A DNA stretch of 64,000 bases from Octopus sinensis (GCF_006345805.1 NC_043003.1:77190001-77254000); one strand, 5' to 3'. Positions 12,655 through 25,148 are shown, counted from the first letter of the stretch. Notes: generated from the letters alone by a model not told the origin. Made by a program: numbers and translations.

Positions 12655-13398
12655 GGAGGGCGGCAAGCTGTATAATGGTATTTCGTCTGTCGTTACGTTG
12701 TGAGTTCAAATCCCGCCGAGGTCGACTTTGCCTTTCATCCTTTCGGGTTCGATAAATTAAGTACCAGTTACGCACTGGGGTCGATGTAATCGACTTAATA
12801 CCTATGTCTGTCCTTGTTTGTCCCGTCTATGTTTAGCCCCTTGTGGGTAATAAAGAAATAGGTATTTCGTCTGCCGCTACGTTCTGAGTTCAAATTCCGC
12901 CGAGGTCGACTTTGCCTTTCATCCTTTCGGGGTCGATAAATTAAGTACCAGTTACGCACTGGGGTCGATGTAATTGACTTAATACCTACGTCTGTCCTTG
13001 TTTGTCCCCTCTATGTTTAGCCCCTTGTGGGTAATAAAGAAATAGGTATTTCGTCTGCCGCTACGTTCTGAGTTCAAATTCCGCCGAGGTCGACTTTGCC
13101 TTTCATCCTTTCGGGGTCGATAAATTAAGTACCAGTTACGCACTGGGGTCGATGTAATCGACTTAATACCTATGTCTGTCCTTGTTTGTCCCCTTTATGT
13201 TTAGCCCCTTGTGGGTAATAAAGAAATAGGTATTTCGTCTGCCGCTACGTTCTGAGTTCAAATTCCGCCGAGGTCGACTTTGCCTTTCATCCTTTCAAAG
13301 TCGATAAATAAAGTACCAGTTACGTACTGGGGTCGATGTAATCCACTGGCTCCCACCCCCAAAATTTCGGGCCTTATACCTAGAGTAGAAAAGAATAT
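12655..13398 (+). repeat. Head-to-tail tandem array of family-B SINE, 184-bp period (three full units plus a partial)
   Basis: ggtatttcgtctg recurs at 12677, 12861, 13045 and 13229; units nearly identical. Confidence 0.92.
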
Positions 13399-13559
13399 TT
13401 TTTCTTCTGAATTGTTTCTTTTTTTCTCTCTCTCTTTTGTGACCAAGTATTTCGTATTCATTATTTACATAATTGTTGACTAACGATGACAGAATAGCTG
13501 GAAATGGTGAACAGTATCCCAGAATATTGAATATTCGGACACATACAATCTAATATTTG

Positions 13560-13775
13560 TTAAGGCGACGAGCTGGCAAAAACGTTAGCACGCAGGGCGA
13601 AATTCTTAGCGGTATTTCGTTTGTCTTTATGTTCTGAGTTCAAATTCCGCCGAGATCAACTTTGCCTTTCAACTCTTTAAGGTTCGTTAAAATAAGTAGC
13701 AGTGGAGTCGTTGTAATCGACTTGCGCCGCCTGCCCCGAAATTGCTGACTTTGTGTAAAAATTTGAAATCAATAT
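13560..13775 (+). mobile_element. Family-B SINE
   Basis: ggcgacgagctggcaaaaacgttagcacg...gttctgagttcaaattccgccgag. Confidence 0.8.
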
Positions 13776-13966
13776 CTAGTATTCGTTCTATCTGAGTCTA
13801 TTGTCCAACTTCTAAGTTACAGGAACACAAGTAATCCAACGCCGGTTGTCAGACGGTGAGACAGACAAAAACATACATGAAGGTACACGCACACACACAC
13901 GTACACGCACACATACACAAATGTATATGATTGTAGATAGATACAGATTTATATATACACATACAC

Positions 13967-14273
13967 GTGGAGGCGCAATGGCCTACTGGTTAGGGCAGCG
14001 AACTCGCGGTCGTAGGATCACGGTTTCGATTCCCAGACCGGGCGTTGTGTGTGTTTATTGAACGAAAACATCTTAAAGCTCCACGAGGTTCTGGCAGGGG
14101 CTGGTGATCCCTGCTGTACTCTTTCACCACTCTTTCTCTCACTCTTCCTTCTGTTGGCCTGCACGCTTAGCCAGCGGGGTGGCGTCATTCGAAGGCTAAA
14201 ACAATGCGAACGCATTGTGACCAGCGATGTGTAGCAACATCTGATGGTCTGGTCGGTCATGTGATCATGTGAT
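13967..14273 (+). mobile_element. tRNA-derived SINE, family A
   Basis: tRNA-like head GGAGGCGCAATGGCCTACTGGTTAGG...GGTTTCGATTCCC (A and B boxes); same head at about 31490-31665 on the minus strand. Confidence 0.8.
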
Positions 14274-15339
14274 ATACACATACACGCATATGCCTGCTCC
14301 CACACAGGTTCCTTCTTCCAAATTCACTTCCCGGACCTTTGTAAGTACGATGTTATAATAAAAGACATTTGCACAAGTTTGCCGCCCAGCGGGACTAAAC
14401 TAGAACTGCGTGGTTGCGAAACGAATTTCTTATCCACATAACCATTCCTGTATATTCTGTTGTGTCTGGGGAGAGTCATTTTCTTTTTGTGCCTTATAAT
14501 GTAACACAATCACCGGTAAAATTTCCACTTATTTCTTATCTTTATTTTAATTGGTAATTTTACCAGTGAGTGTGTTACAAGAAGGCACAAAAAGAAAATG
14601 GTTCTCCCCAGACACAACAGTATATGCTTCAACACACGAACTCATATAAAGAATCTTGCAAACCAAATCCAAAAACGAAACATTCTTGTATAATTTTGCC
14701 TCTCTGGACGGTGCTAAGTAACTTCAAAAATATGGAAAATATTGTATTAAAGGAATCATGTGACTATTGGGAGACATATACATGAACAGGTATTTCATTA
14801 TTGATTTATTTTTCGTACACCTTTCGTAGAAAGCTACAGATTTTTCCTGAAGGTATATTAACAGCATGATTGACTCGATGATATGATTGTTACACATTTT
14901 ATCAATGCTGCAAATAGGAAATGCAAGCCTCTTCAAACTTAGAACGTAAACAAACATATCAAAATCAACAAGCCACTTACTTGAGCATTCTAGCTCTTCT
15001 GGTTCGTCATCGACCTCACCGAATTTGTGACATGATTACTAAAATAGTTAAACAGTACAATGCCTCGCCGATAACTCGGATTTTATTAACGTTTTTGTTG
15101 TGGTTATTTTTAATTTTTTCATTGTCTTTTTTTATTTCTATACATTTAGAATGCAAAATCCCACCATTTTTTTCAGTCTACTTCTATTATCAATAACTTA
15201 AATACCAGTTACATAATGTGATTTATTCAATCAACTATTCTCTTTTCGGGATATTATATAAAAAAGAAATACAAATAAAGGTCGATATCGGAAGTGCTGA
15301 AATAACACAGTTTTCGAGGACATGTCAGAGACCAGAACA

Positions 15340-15530
15340 ATAGCAATAATAATAATAACAGTAATGATAATTATAATAACAATAATAATAATATATATGA
15401 GGATTTTTATTAGTCACAAGGTACCATGATGATGAGAAGAAGAAGAAATAGAAGAAGAAGAAGAAGAACAACAACAACAACAACGATGACGACGACGACG
15501 ACCACAACAACAACAACAACAATATCAGCA
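15340..15530. repeat. Compound trinucleotide microsatellite (AAT/AAG/AAC/GAC)
   Basis: Direct reading. Confidence 0.9.
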
Positions 15531-16145
15531 ACACAGGTGATCCATCTCTTCAACAAGTATTTCCGACTAACACTACCCGCATACTACGCGGATCCCTTTC
15601 AATTTAACAATAAATACCCTGGAATCTGTTGAAAGTATTTCTGCTACTAAAAATGCCGATAAGTATTGGCGATATTGACTTGGTGAGACTAAAACTACGG
15701 CTTTTAGGCAGCTACAATTTAAAGATTAATAGGTTTTGGTGTGGTTTTCATCACTAACCTATATTTCGATTATTTTGTATAAAACCCCGCATCTCCTACG
15801 TATCCTGCGTAATCATTATACTGTCCACTTATTCTTTGTGTGTAACTTGTTCAGCATATCCCTTAGCTTCTCTTTTTTCTTTATAAGAACATGAATCGTA
15901 TGCAGCATCGAAGAGATATCCTGGGTGTATCTTTCCGACTTCTTTTTTTTTTACCTGGGCTCGCTCTTCTGGTAGGTTTTCTTTCTTTTCTTTCTTCCAG
16001 ATACTGACGATATTCCATTCCATTCCACTCACTACCCTCTCCTCATTATAATCAAGTAATTAATACAGTCATGGTGATTATTATAAATCATAGGAGACAT
16101 TTTGGAGGTAAGATTCTATTTTTGTTTCTTAGCATTATGTGGTAA

Positions 16146-16365
16146 TGCAAGGCGGGCGAATTGGCAGAATCATTAGCGCGCTAGAGAAAACGCTTAGCGA
16201 TTTTTCGTCCATTCAGAGTTCAGATCCCCGCGACGTCGACTTCGCCTTTCATTTTTTTTTTTTTCAGGTCAATAACATAAGTACCAGCAGAGCACCGGGG
16301 CTTTTGTAATCGACTACCCCCATCCCCCAGAATTTCAGGCTTTGTGCCTATAGTACAAAGAATAA
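16146..16365 (+). mobile_element. Degenerate family-B SINE
   Basis: ggcgggcgaattggcagaatcattagc...gagttcagatccccgcgacgtcgacttcgcctttc. Confidence 0.7.
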
Positions 16366-17298
16366 TTATCTGTTAATGTGGGTAGTGTTTATTTGCGTAC
16401 ATTTGTGTATGAGGATGTAGATATGCATATAAGCATGTTATTTTGAATAAAGAAGGTTCTGGTCTTAAAGGAAAAGTTTATCTAGCTAATTTATTATCTT
16501 TGTCTTTGTAGTAGGCACGTGAAAGCAGTACTGCGAGTAAACAAACATTTAGATGAGTTCAAATATGTTTAGGACATATCTACTATGTAAAAGGTTACAT
16601 TTATTATTGTTTGTTGTCGAGAATCATTTTGTTCATAAGCACCAATACTGTATACCTATTACAGTATTTTGTTCCAGCCCAGGCTGGTGGCGGGCAAAAT
16701 CAGCTCATTATAGTACATCATACTGATGTACTATAATGAAGCGAAAACTTTCAGAGTCTTGTGGCACATGGTACTGATGATAGCCAAGAAGGTAGAAATC
16801 CATTCACCATTTCGGCTGACGGTAGTTGTTTTAATACCTATTGCCAAAAGCAAGAACTTTTCTCAAGCGGCAAACACCAGTGAATACGATCTTTTTGCAG
16901 ATCAGTTATATCCCAAACCACATTTGAACTGGTTTTGTTTTCCTTTTTGTTTTTTTTTTTGGTACAGTATTTGTGGTAGATAACTAACAATGGTAATTCG
17001 GTCATTCGTAGGATTGAGAGGAAAACATTATAAAAGAGAATTTAAAATTAGGCAGAAAAGAAATTTTGTATTTGATTATTTTTATTGTTTTACTTTTGTT
17101 TTTGCTTTTTTGTTTGGTTTTGCTTTGTTTTGTTTTTTGCTCATCTTAAGGCGATTCGGTACATTGAGTGATGTTTTGTAGAATAATGTGAGATAGGCTG
17201 GTAAATGAAGAACCTTTTCGTTATGGGAATTATTAATTTATGTGGGGAGAACAGTGTTGGGTTTAAAAGTAATATTTGCAGGAAATATTTGCTCTAAG

Positions 17299-17554
17299 CG
17301 TATCCTTCTCAACTGGGATCGATATGGTACTTGGGGATCCATATAAGAATTTGTTGCAAGCATTTATCTGCAACAAATCGCTTATGCTTCTTCAATACAC
17401 CAAATATTTTAATTATTTATGCAACAGCTAATAATAGTTAATTCTAAAAATATAACAGGTATTTTTCAAATATAGAATGATTATGAGAGTTCAACCGAAA
17501 AAAAATAAGAATCAAAGAGGTCCATAGGTGAAAAAAAAATGGTTGAGAACTGCT
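17299..17554 (+). mobile_element. hAT/Charlie-like MITE
   Basis: Imperfect ...TTCTCAAC / GTTGAGAA... termini; flanked by near-identical 8-mers gctctaag and actctaag (TSD-like). Confidence 0.5.
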
Positions 17555-18388
17555 ACTCTAAGAATTACACCCTAATTCCATTTTTTCTTTTTTTTTCGTG
17601 GGGGGTATTTTACCGAAACCCTATTACTGTATTCAGTGTAACGACGTTACTACATTCCCTATTCTCTTATATATATATACTGATCTGTCTTACTGTCTAA
17701 GCTAAGTATATATGCTAACTTGGTCAAATAAGATTGAAACGTGTCTGTTGAGCATAGATGTTGGCTTTAAAAACAAGACCCACATCTAACTTCTCGTTGC
17801 TAGCTTGATATCGGAATTATCTCCCTTACCAGTTTTTTATATTTTAAACACCTCTAGATATCAGTTAATAGAAGTTATTCAACTTGCTGTATGACATGTA
17901 TAAGATCACATACATGCACACATTGTATATACATATATACACATGTAGATGTGTGTGTACAGTTCACTCAGTTTTAGATGCCAGTATATATAAATATATA
18001 TGCATTATATATGTACATTTTTGTGCACCAAACTTCTGGGGGTATGTGTGACTGTTATTTTGTATGTGTATCCTTGTGAAATAGCTTTTTAATGTACGAT
18101 TAATTTAAATTTAGGCCTATGCGTATGTGTGTATGAGCGTGTGTGTGTCTATGTATGCATGTATATATATAGATAGATAGATTACGCACACATCCACACA
18201 CATTTACATACATAAGCATTCAAACATATAAACATACACACATATATAAATATATATATATATACATATATAGGCGGTGCTCCAGCATGGCCACAGCATG
18301 GTCACATATATAGGCGGTGCTCCAGCATGGCCACAATCAAATGACTGAAACAAGTAAAAGAGTAAAAGAGTAAAGAGTATATACATAG

Positions 18389-18421
<33 letters not shown>

Positions 18422-18519
18422 TATACATATACATACATATATATATATATAGATATACATATACATACATATACATACATACATATATATACATACATAC
18501 ATACATATATATATATATG

Positions 18520-18566
<47 letters not shown>

Positions 18567-18589
18567 TATATATAATATATATATATATA

Positions 18590-18772
18590 AAGTTAATCCA
18601 AACAAGAAAACACAAAAACAAAAAAAAACACAACAACGCGAGGACGTGGAACAAATAAGGTATTATTGGACGCTCAGGAAAGAAGGAAAAAAGGAGGGTT
18701 TAACGTTTCGAGCGGAGCTCTTCGTCGGAAACATAGGAGAAGGAAAGATCCCGAGAAGGGAAGACAGAGGAA

Positions 18773-18778
<6 letters not shown>
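18590..18778 (-). mobile_element. Penelope pLTR-like dispersed repeat containing a minimal hammerhead motif
   Basis: Homologous to 22960-23165 in the opposite orientation; contains CCGACGA-A-GAGC-TCC-GCTC-GAAA-CGTT-AAAC. Confidence 0.6.
18698..18732 (-). ncRNA. Minimal type I hammerhead ribozyme motif (U4C core variant)
   Basis: Stem I GTTT/AAAC, core CCGACGA, stem II GAGC/GCTC, GAAA, palindromic ACGT stem III, predicted GUU cleavage triplet. Confidence 0.55.
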
Positions 18779-18810
<32 letters not shown>

Positions 18811-19126
18811 AAGATATCATAACGATAAATTAATATATTATAATATATTAAATACATTATAATATAGGTGGCTACAGCAATTAAAAACCAAAAAGGTAAA
18901 ATACATAAATAAGGGTGCAAAATAGCATCTGCAATTGCTAGAAATAGGAGCTAAATAAATAACTCGAATAGCCACACAAAATCACCAACCTCATTAGATG
19001 TTCAGGGACTGCGAGTGGCACGTCACAATATCTTTCGCCAGCGAGATAAAACTCACACAACGAAGTAGTTTGATAAAACCCTATCATATATATAAGAGGA
19101 AGGGGAAGAAATAAGAATGCACTGAT

Positions 19127-19128
19127 AT

Positions 19129-19204
<76 letters not shown>

Positions 19205-19267
19205 GCAAGTAGACAGACAGACATTCAGACAGACAGACAGTTAGACAGGCAGATAGCTAGGTCTATC

Positions 19268-19345
<78 letters not shown>

Positions 19346-19350
19346 CAGAC
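19127..19350. repeat. (GATA)n/(GACA)n microsatellite
   Basis: Direct reading. Confidence 0.95.
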
Positions 19351-22300
19351 TTTCCAACCAAATTAATTGGAGACTTCCCGGCAGGACTACTTCGATTCAG
19401 CAAATTATAATGATATAGACTTCATTTTTCACAACAGGTGGCGCTTGTGGTATCTTGCTTCATTTCCTAATGCTTACAGCGGAATATGTTATATATCTTA
19501 GTTTACTTTTCTAATCAAAACTTCTATTAAGAAAATAGTGTGCGGCGGATGTGGACTCAAGTAATGTAATAGAGAGCTAGCTCTTATTCTTAGAAAAGTA
19601 CTCGATTTATTTTTATTCCAATTCTAAAATAATGTCGATGTTTATCATCCCTAGAGAGAACATACAAGTATAACTGCTGGATATAACACGTTTTATATCT
19701 TGTGCTCTGAATCATCTTTGGTGTACTTAAAATAGTGCATTTATCGGGATGCAGAAATAGCTGTGGTGTTACAAAGTTCACTTTGCAGATACGCCGTCAC
19801 ATGTTCGTTCCCACTTTCTTGTACCATGAGAAAGTGTCTTGTGCTATGATCGCAGGTAGACCAAAGCTCAAATTCGATTGATAGCGGTGCTGCATGTCTG
19901 TTGTTGTGTTGTATTTCTCTCTAAATTCATTGTTAGGTCGACTGGTCTCTTTGTAATTTATAAATTCGTTTGAAAAGAGGAAAACTGTAAACGTCATAAT
20001 TCTAACAATTAATTTGGCCTTATGAGCACAGTGTTCTGTCGTAGGCTCACAATAAATTTTCAGCAAAGAGCAATTGCAACACCTGAAGCCTTATATACAC
20101 AAAACTAGATAGGAAAATATTCATAAACCATATATCCATGCTTTATAGAATCCCCGACAAATATAGACGATTAATTATAAACGCAATACTCATATCACAA
20201 CACAAAACTAAATTAAACACGAAGATTGCATACACACATCACAAGCAGGATAAGCAAGTGACTGATGATGCGAAAATCTAACAGTCAAATTCAGTGGTAA
20301 ATTCTGCTTACATTAAAGTCACTCAATGAAAAACAGAGGCATATTCTGATTAAGAGACTGAGATAGTTTGGAATAATGCACTTAGAAACTTTATTTTCCA
20401 ATAATCTTCAAGGAAATACGAGAAACACTAATAAAAAAAGTTTAACCTGCAACACAACTAAAAGAAAGCACTATTCCTCATATCTATGTGTCCACATGCG
20501 TGCGTATGTGTGTACATATATGTGTGAGCGGATGTGCATGCCATAAGTCCACCAGAACGTAATGACGAGCTAGTATCTAACCTAATAATTCTAATGCCAC
20601 TAATTTCTTGATATACTGTTACTAGTAACCAATTAAAACTTCCAACTTGGTCCAATTAAAATATAGCCTTAAAATGCTTTAACATAGAATGAAACAACAG
20701 AAACTATTAGATTAGATTAGACTATTAGATTAGACCCAGTCCCATACCTTGTGTAGCTGTCCCCTTACTAACTGGTTTATTAGAAATGATAATGGTTTAC
20801 ACACTTAATTATACCATTCGATTCAACGTTGTACGACAGCGCGAAAACATACTTGAGCGCTACCTGGAAATTACAAGACATTTCATACATCCCACACATG
20901 TACATGTGATTGAAGACAATCCACAATACATAACACAAGTACTTTTTCAAACCATCAACAACATAAAAAAGTTAAATTTATACATTCTACCACTAACACG
21001 AAAGGCTACTAGCCAAGACTCGTTACGATAATAGAAATTAAAAGGACAAATGAAACATTAGACTAACGTTTAATGAATACAATTAAATAAAAGGGGGGAA
21101 ATAAATTAATCCTTATTAAACTTATGTGCTAATGATTAAAAAGACAGAATTAAGTAAAACGAAGAAGACATCACGCAAGTGTGAAATAAACAACAAACCA
21201 ATTAAATTACAACGAATTTAAAGAACGATTACACCTGATAATTAAACCTACTAACCAGCATACGCGTTATATTTACTAGCGAGATTAACACACTATATAA
21301 ACATTATATAACTTACCTGAAGCCTGAAACAAATAAAACCTAATGCATACTTCGATAAAAGACATCGAAAAGTTAAACAAGAATTACACTAGTAATTAAT
21401 AAACGAAATTAAATAACAGAAAAAAGCAAACATTAATTATTGCTTATTATACTAATGCTTTATTGACTACTAAAACGGAATTTACAAATAATAAAAAGAA
21501 AGAATATTACCCGACCGTTAATTAAAAAGTCAACCGAATAAAACTGCGATAAATGTAAAGAAAATAACGTAATAAAAAATAATAAAACGGAAAGAATAAA
21601 ATTCTACCGTTAAACAATAAACTAAACAAAACTTCAATAAATGTAAAGAAAATAAATACCCTTAATCACGGCATTTAGCTAATATACGTGTTGCGTGTGA
21701 GTACAGGACCAGCTCAACAATCAGCCGTTCCCCCTCAATAATCTAGTTAAAAAGGTCAAGACTTGCTATATCCAAGGGAGGGGATAAACACAACGAAAGA
21801 AATCCTTTAGAGGTTTCCGTTTCCAGATACATACATACATACATACATACATACATACATACATACGTACATACATACATGCATACATACATATATAAAT
21901 GTGTGTGTAAAATTGTCATTTGTACAGTGTACTGTAACGAATATTTGCATACCGTTGGCGAGGTCAACTTTACTTTTCCTCTTTTCGGGATCGATAAATT
22001 AAGTACCAGCTGCGTACTGGAGTCGATCTAATCGATTGGCTCTCTTCCCTAAAACTTTCGGGCCTTGTGCCTAGAGTAGAAAAGAATATTTGCATACTTA
22101 TTCTTAATACATCTAGGCAGGTTCAGATGCAAAATATGTTTGTTCATTGTATCGCACGCCAAAAGAGAAAAATTTCTCTTATTTGACGATAGTGTGTTCA
22201 GCACACTCAACTCATTGGTTCAGAGGATCCAAGGTTTTCGCCGTTCTGTGTTTCGTCAGTTAGTGTCTCGGTCCTTTGCGTCTAGACAAGCGATTGGTCT

Positions 22301-22959
22301 TCGTTTATAGTTTTCTAATCAGTGCTTATATCTACCATTTGATATAAAACCGATATTTGTACCGAGTACAAGGAGATCTGGAACGAATATTTGCGTGTGA
22401 ATATGTGTGTGTGCGCACGCGTGTGTGTATACACGCAAATATTCGTTCCAGACCTCCCTGTACATGGTGCAGATATATATATGTGATATATATGTATGTA
22501 TGTATTATGTATACGCACTCACACACACACATTTGCATATATATATACATTACACTTACACACACTTCAAATTTACTTGCCATACATACAACTACGCACA
22601 CTGGACACACACACACTACCACTCAACACACACTGGCACGTTACATACGCCCCCACCCATTCCCTCCTTCCTCCTTTTACCACTGACCACTCACTTGAGA
22701 CTGCTATGTCAACTACTTTTCGCCCTACGTACACACACTTACATACAGACGCACGCACTAACCTATACATATATTTTTTTTATCTCGCCTCACACACACA
22801 CATACACACACGCACACATACCCACTCACACATACATACACATCATTCTTCCGTTTCATCGAGTTGTTACCAACCTTCCTGTCTCCGCTCTTTTGTCTTT
22901 AAAAACCAGCCACTGTTATCCAAAACTTCCGGCCTTTCAGCATGTTTACTTCGTAAAAA

Positions 22960-23165
22960 CCAGTCGCGTTTTTTTCCCTCCGTTCGCCCACATCGGGATC
23001 TTTCTTTCTTCTTTTTTCCTTCTCTTATGTTTCCGACGAAGAGCTCCGCTCGAAACGTCATACCCTCCTTCTTCCCATTTTCCTGAGCGCCTAATAATTG
23101 TAATACTTTAATTGTTCCACGTGTTGTTGTTTTTTTTTCTGTTTTCCCGTTTGGATTAACCTTAT
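22960..23165 (+). mobile_element. Second copy of the Penelope pLTR-like repeat with a minimal hammerhead (23029-23063)
   Basis: GTTT-CCGACGA-A-GAGC-TCC-GCTC-GAAA-CGTC-ATAC; flanks match 18590-18778. Confidence 0.6.
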
Positions 23166-23393
23166 ATATATAATTTAGAGACAAACCGTTATTTAGTTAT
23201 TCAATCTATACTGAACGATATTATCTATAACACAAAGAAAGTAATTAAAATGTTATAATTATTATTGTGAATTTTTGATTTAGTGTGCTAAATTGAATTT
23301 TTTCCCTGTTGGCTTGGAATTATTATATTCCTTAAGTATTAATAATATATATATATAACAAAGTGGAGTTGTAAGGTACCGCACAAGTGGAAT

Positions 23394-23870
23394 TATATAT
23401 GAAAGAAGGTTTGAAAATGCAATTTTAAAAGATGTTTATATACTTTACCGGTTTCACTTTTTAGAAAAAGATAGTCAAAAGTAACATGTAAAAGTTTGGT
23501 TGTGTTAATTATTGGTTGTTACAATATGCTACAATACATATGTACATTCTTTGGTAACAAGAACATGTTAAGAACATAAGAAAGTTTAACAAGTTCATTA
23601 AAATATTGGGCACAAAAGATTACAACATATATATACACCCTCAAGAAAATGTTAAAGATAGTTTCCAGAAGGAATTATTAAACAGTTCAGTGGAATATTG
23701 GTAGTCTATCTGTATATACATAAACGCACGGAATATTATAAGTTCAAAAAAGTTTACATTATAGTAGTAGGGTAGCTTAAACTGACCTGGTCCACCATGT
23801 TATCGTAAAAGGTCTTTTAAAAACCGGTAAAGTAAATAAACATCTTTTAAAATTGCATTTTCAAACCTTC

Positions 23871-23881
<11 letters not shown>
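23394..23881. mobile_element. Element bounded by about 60-bp inverted repeats, probably an inverted Penelope pLTR remnant
   Basis: tatatatgaaagaaggtttgaaaatgcaattttaaaagatgtttat...tttaccggttt at the left is the reverse complement of aaaccggtaaag...ttcaaaccttctttcatatata at the right. Confidence 0.6.
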
Positions 23882-23927
<46 letters not shown>

Positions 23928-24762
23928 ACCATATTTTCATGCTGTGTTTGACTTTATTCTCTTTTTCTTCTCTTTTTCTCTACCCCTGACGAAAGATTGA
24001 ATCGTTGGATATTGCCAACGCAGAGCTAGTAGATTATTACATATATATATATATATCTTTGTGCTTAGCAGGGTGTATCACATCATGCTTTTTGCTTGTT
24101 CTGTAATTTTACACCCCTTCACTACCCTTCTTACCTCGTCTTATTTTTCTTAACCTTTTCTTCTTTACCTTCCTGCATTCACCACACATTTTCGTTACAT
24201 CAATGCTAATTCTATCGAATTATGCTATCCAGTTAAACTTACATGTTTTCCCTCAAATATTTTTGAACATTATTTTTATGCTACACAAATCATATGTATA
24301 TATAAATGATATTAAGCCACAACCACCTGATGATCTAAGAAAGAAAACTCGAAATCGAATCAGAGAAATTTCCTTTTGTATTGCGTGTAGAATTTGTATA
24401 TAAGATTATTTCCAATGCAATTTATGCGATGTGTGTGTGTGAGAGTGTGCCGAGATGCATATATACAATTCTCAGCATATGTGTGTGCGCTGATATATGT
24501 ATGTGTGAGTACGTATTCTTCCTTTCATACATATTCAAACAATATATATATTAATTAGCTGGTCTTCTGAAAGTATTTCTAGAAACGAACTACGTTTAAC
24601 GATAAATAATTAGAACCTTCATTAGAATACTAACGTAAAACAGGGAATTTGCTCAAAGGATCTCTATCCGCGTACAAAACAGGTCAAAAGTGTAATATTT
24701 CTACGGTAACTTTTATAGACTGACAAGAGGCGAGCTAGCTTAACCCTAGACAGCCGAGTAAG

Positions 24763-24810
24763 AGCCACTGACGAGCATTAATCAAATGCGAGATCAGTGG
24801 TGATTTGGCT
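24763..24810 (+). ncRNA. Type I hammerhead, mutated copy
   Basis: AGCCA/TGGCT stem I and the same core and stem II, but GAAA>GAGA and one stem III mismatch; AUU triplet. Confidence 0.7.
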
Positions 24811-25102
24811 ATACCGCGGATGCTGTAGGGAGCCTTCCTCCCTTGTAAGTCATAAGTTAAGTGCTTTCTCGTGGCTAAGAGTTGTTTTAACTCTTATTCC
24901 AAGCAATGCTGGTGCTATAACTAGTACCCTTAGTCACTTTATTGATGTCTATTGTTCTGCCTGTTGGTTGTAAATTGCGAATAACCACCTTTATTATTTA
25001 TAATTTTCACTTTTACCATTTACGAAATCAGCATAAGATTTCTACGTTAATTCTTATAGACTGTCGAGGCGAGTTAGCTTAACCCTAGGTAGCAGAGTAA
25101 GC

Positions 25103-25148
25103 GCCACTGACGAGCATTAATCAAATGCGAAATCACTGGTGATCTGGC
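25103..25148 (+). ncRNA. Type I hammerhead ribozyme with canonical core
   Basis: GCCA / CTGACGA / GCATT-AATCA-AATGC / GAA / ATCAC-TG-GTGAT / C / TGGC. All three stems pair perfectly; AUC cleavage triplet, site after 25144. Confidence 0.88.

Noticed and set aside
12655-13398. CRISPR-like or satellite appearance of the regular array
   Set aside because: Units are contiguous 184-bp SINE copies with no unique spacers, in a eukaryotic context.
14975-15045. Strong AG...GTAAGT-bounded 58-bp segment on the minus strand
   Set aside because: All three frames contain a stop; at most a non-coding exon, which sequence alone cannot support.
20264-20290. CTGATGA-TGC-GAAA as a hammerhead
   Set aside because: Only 3 nt between core and GAAA, so no stem II; stems I and III do not form.
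22237-22260. CTGACGA...GAAA on the minus strand
   Set aside because: The intervening sequence cannot form stem II.
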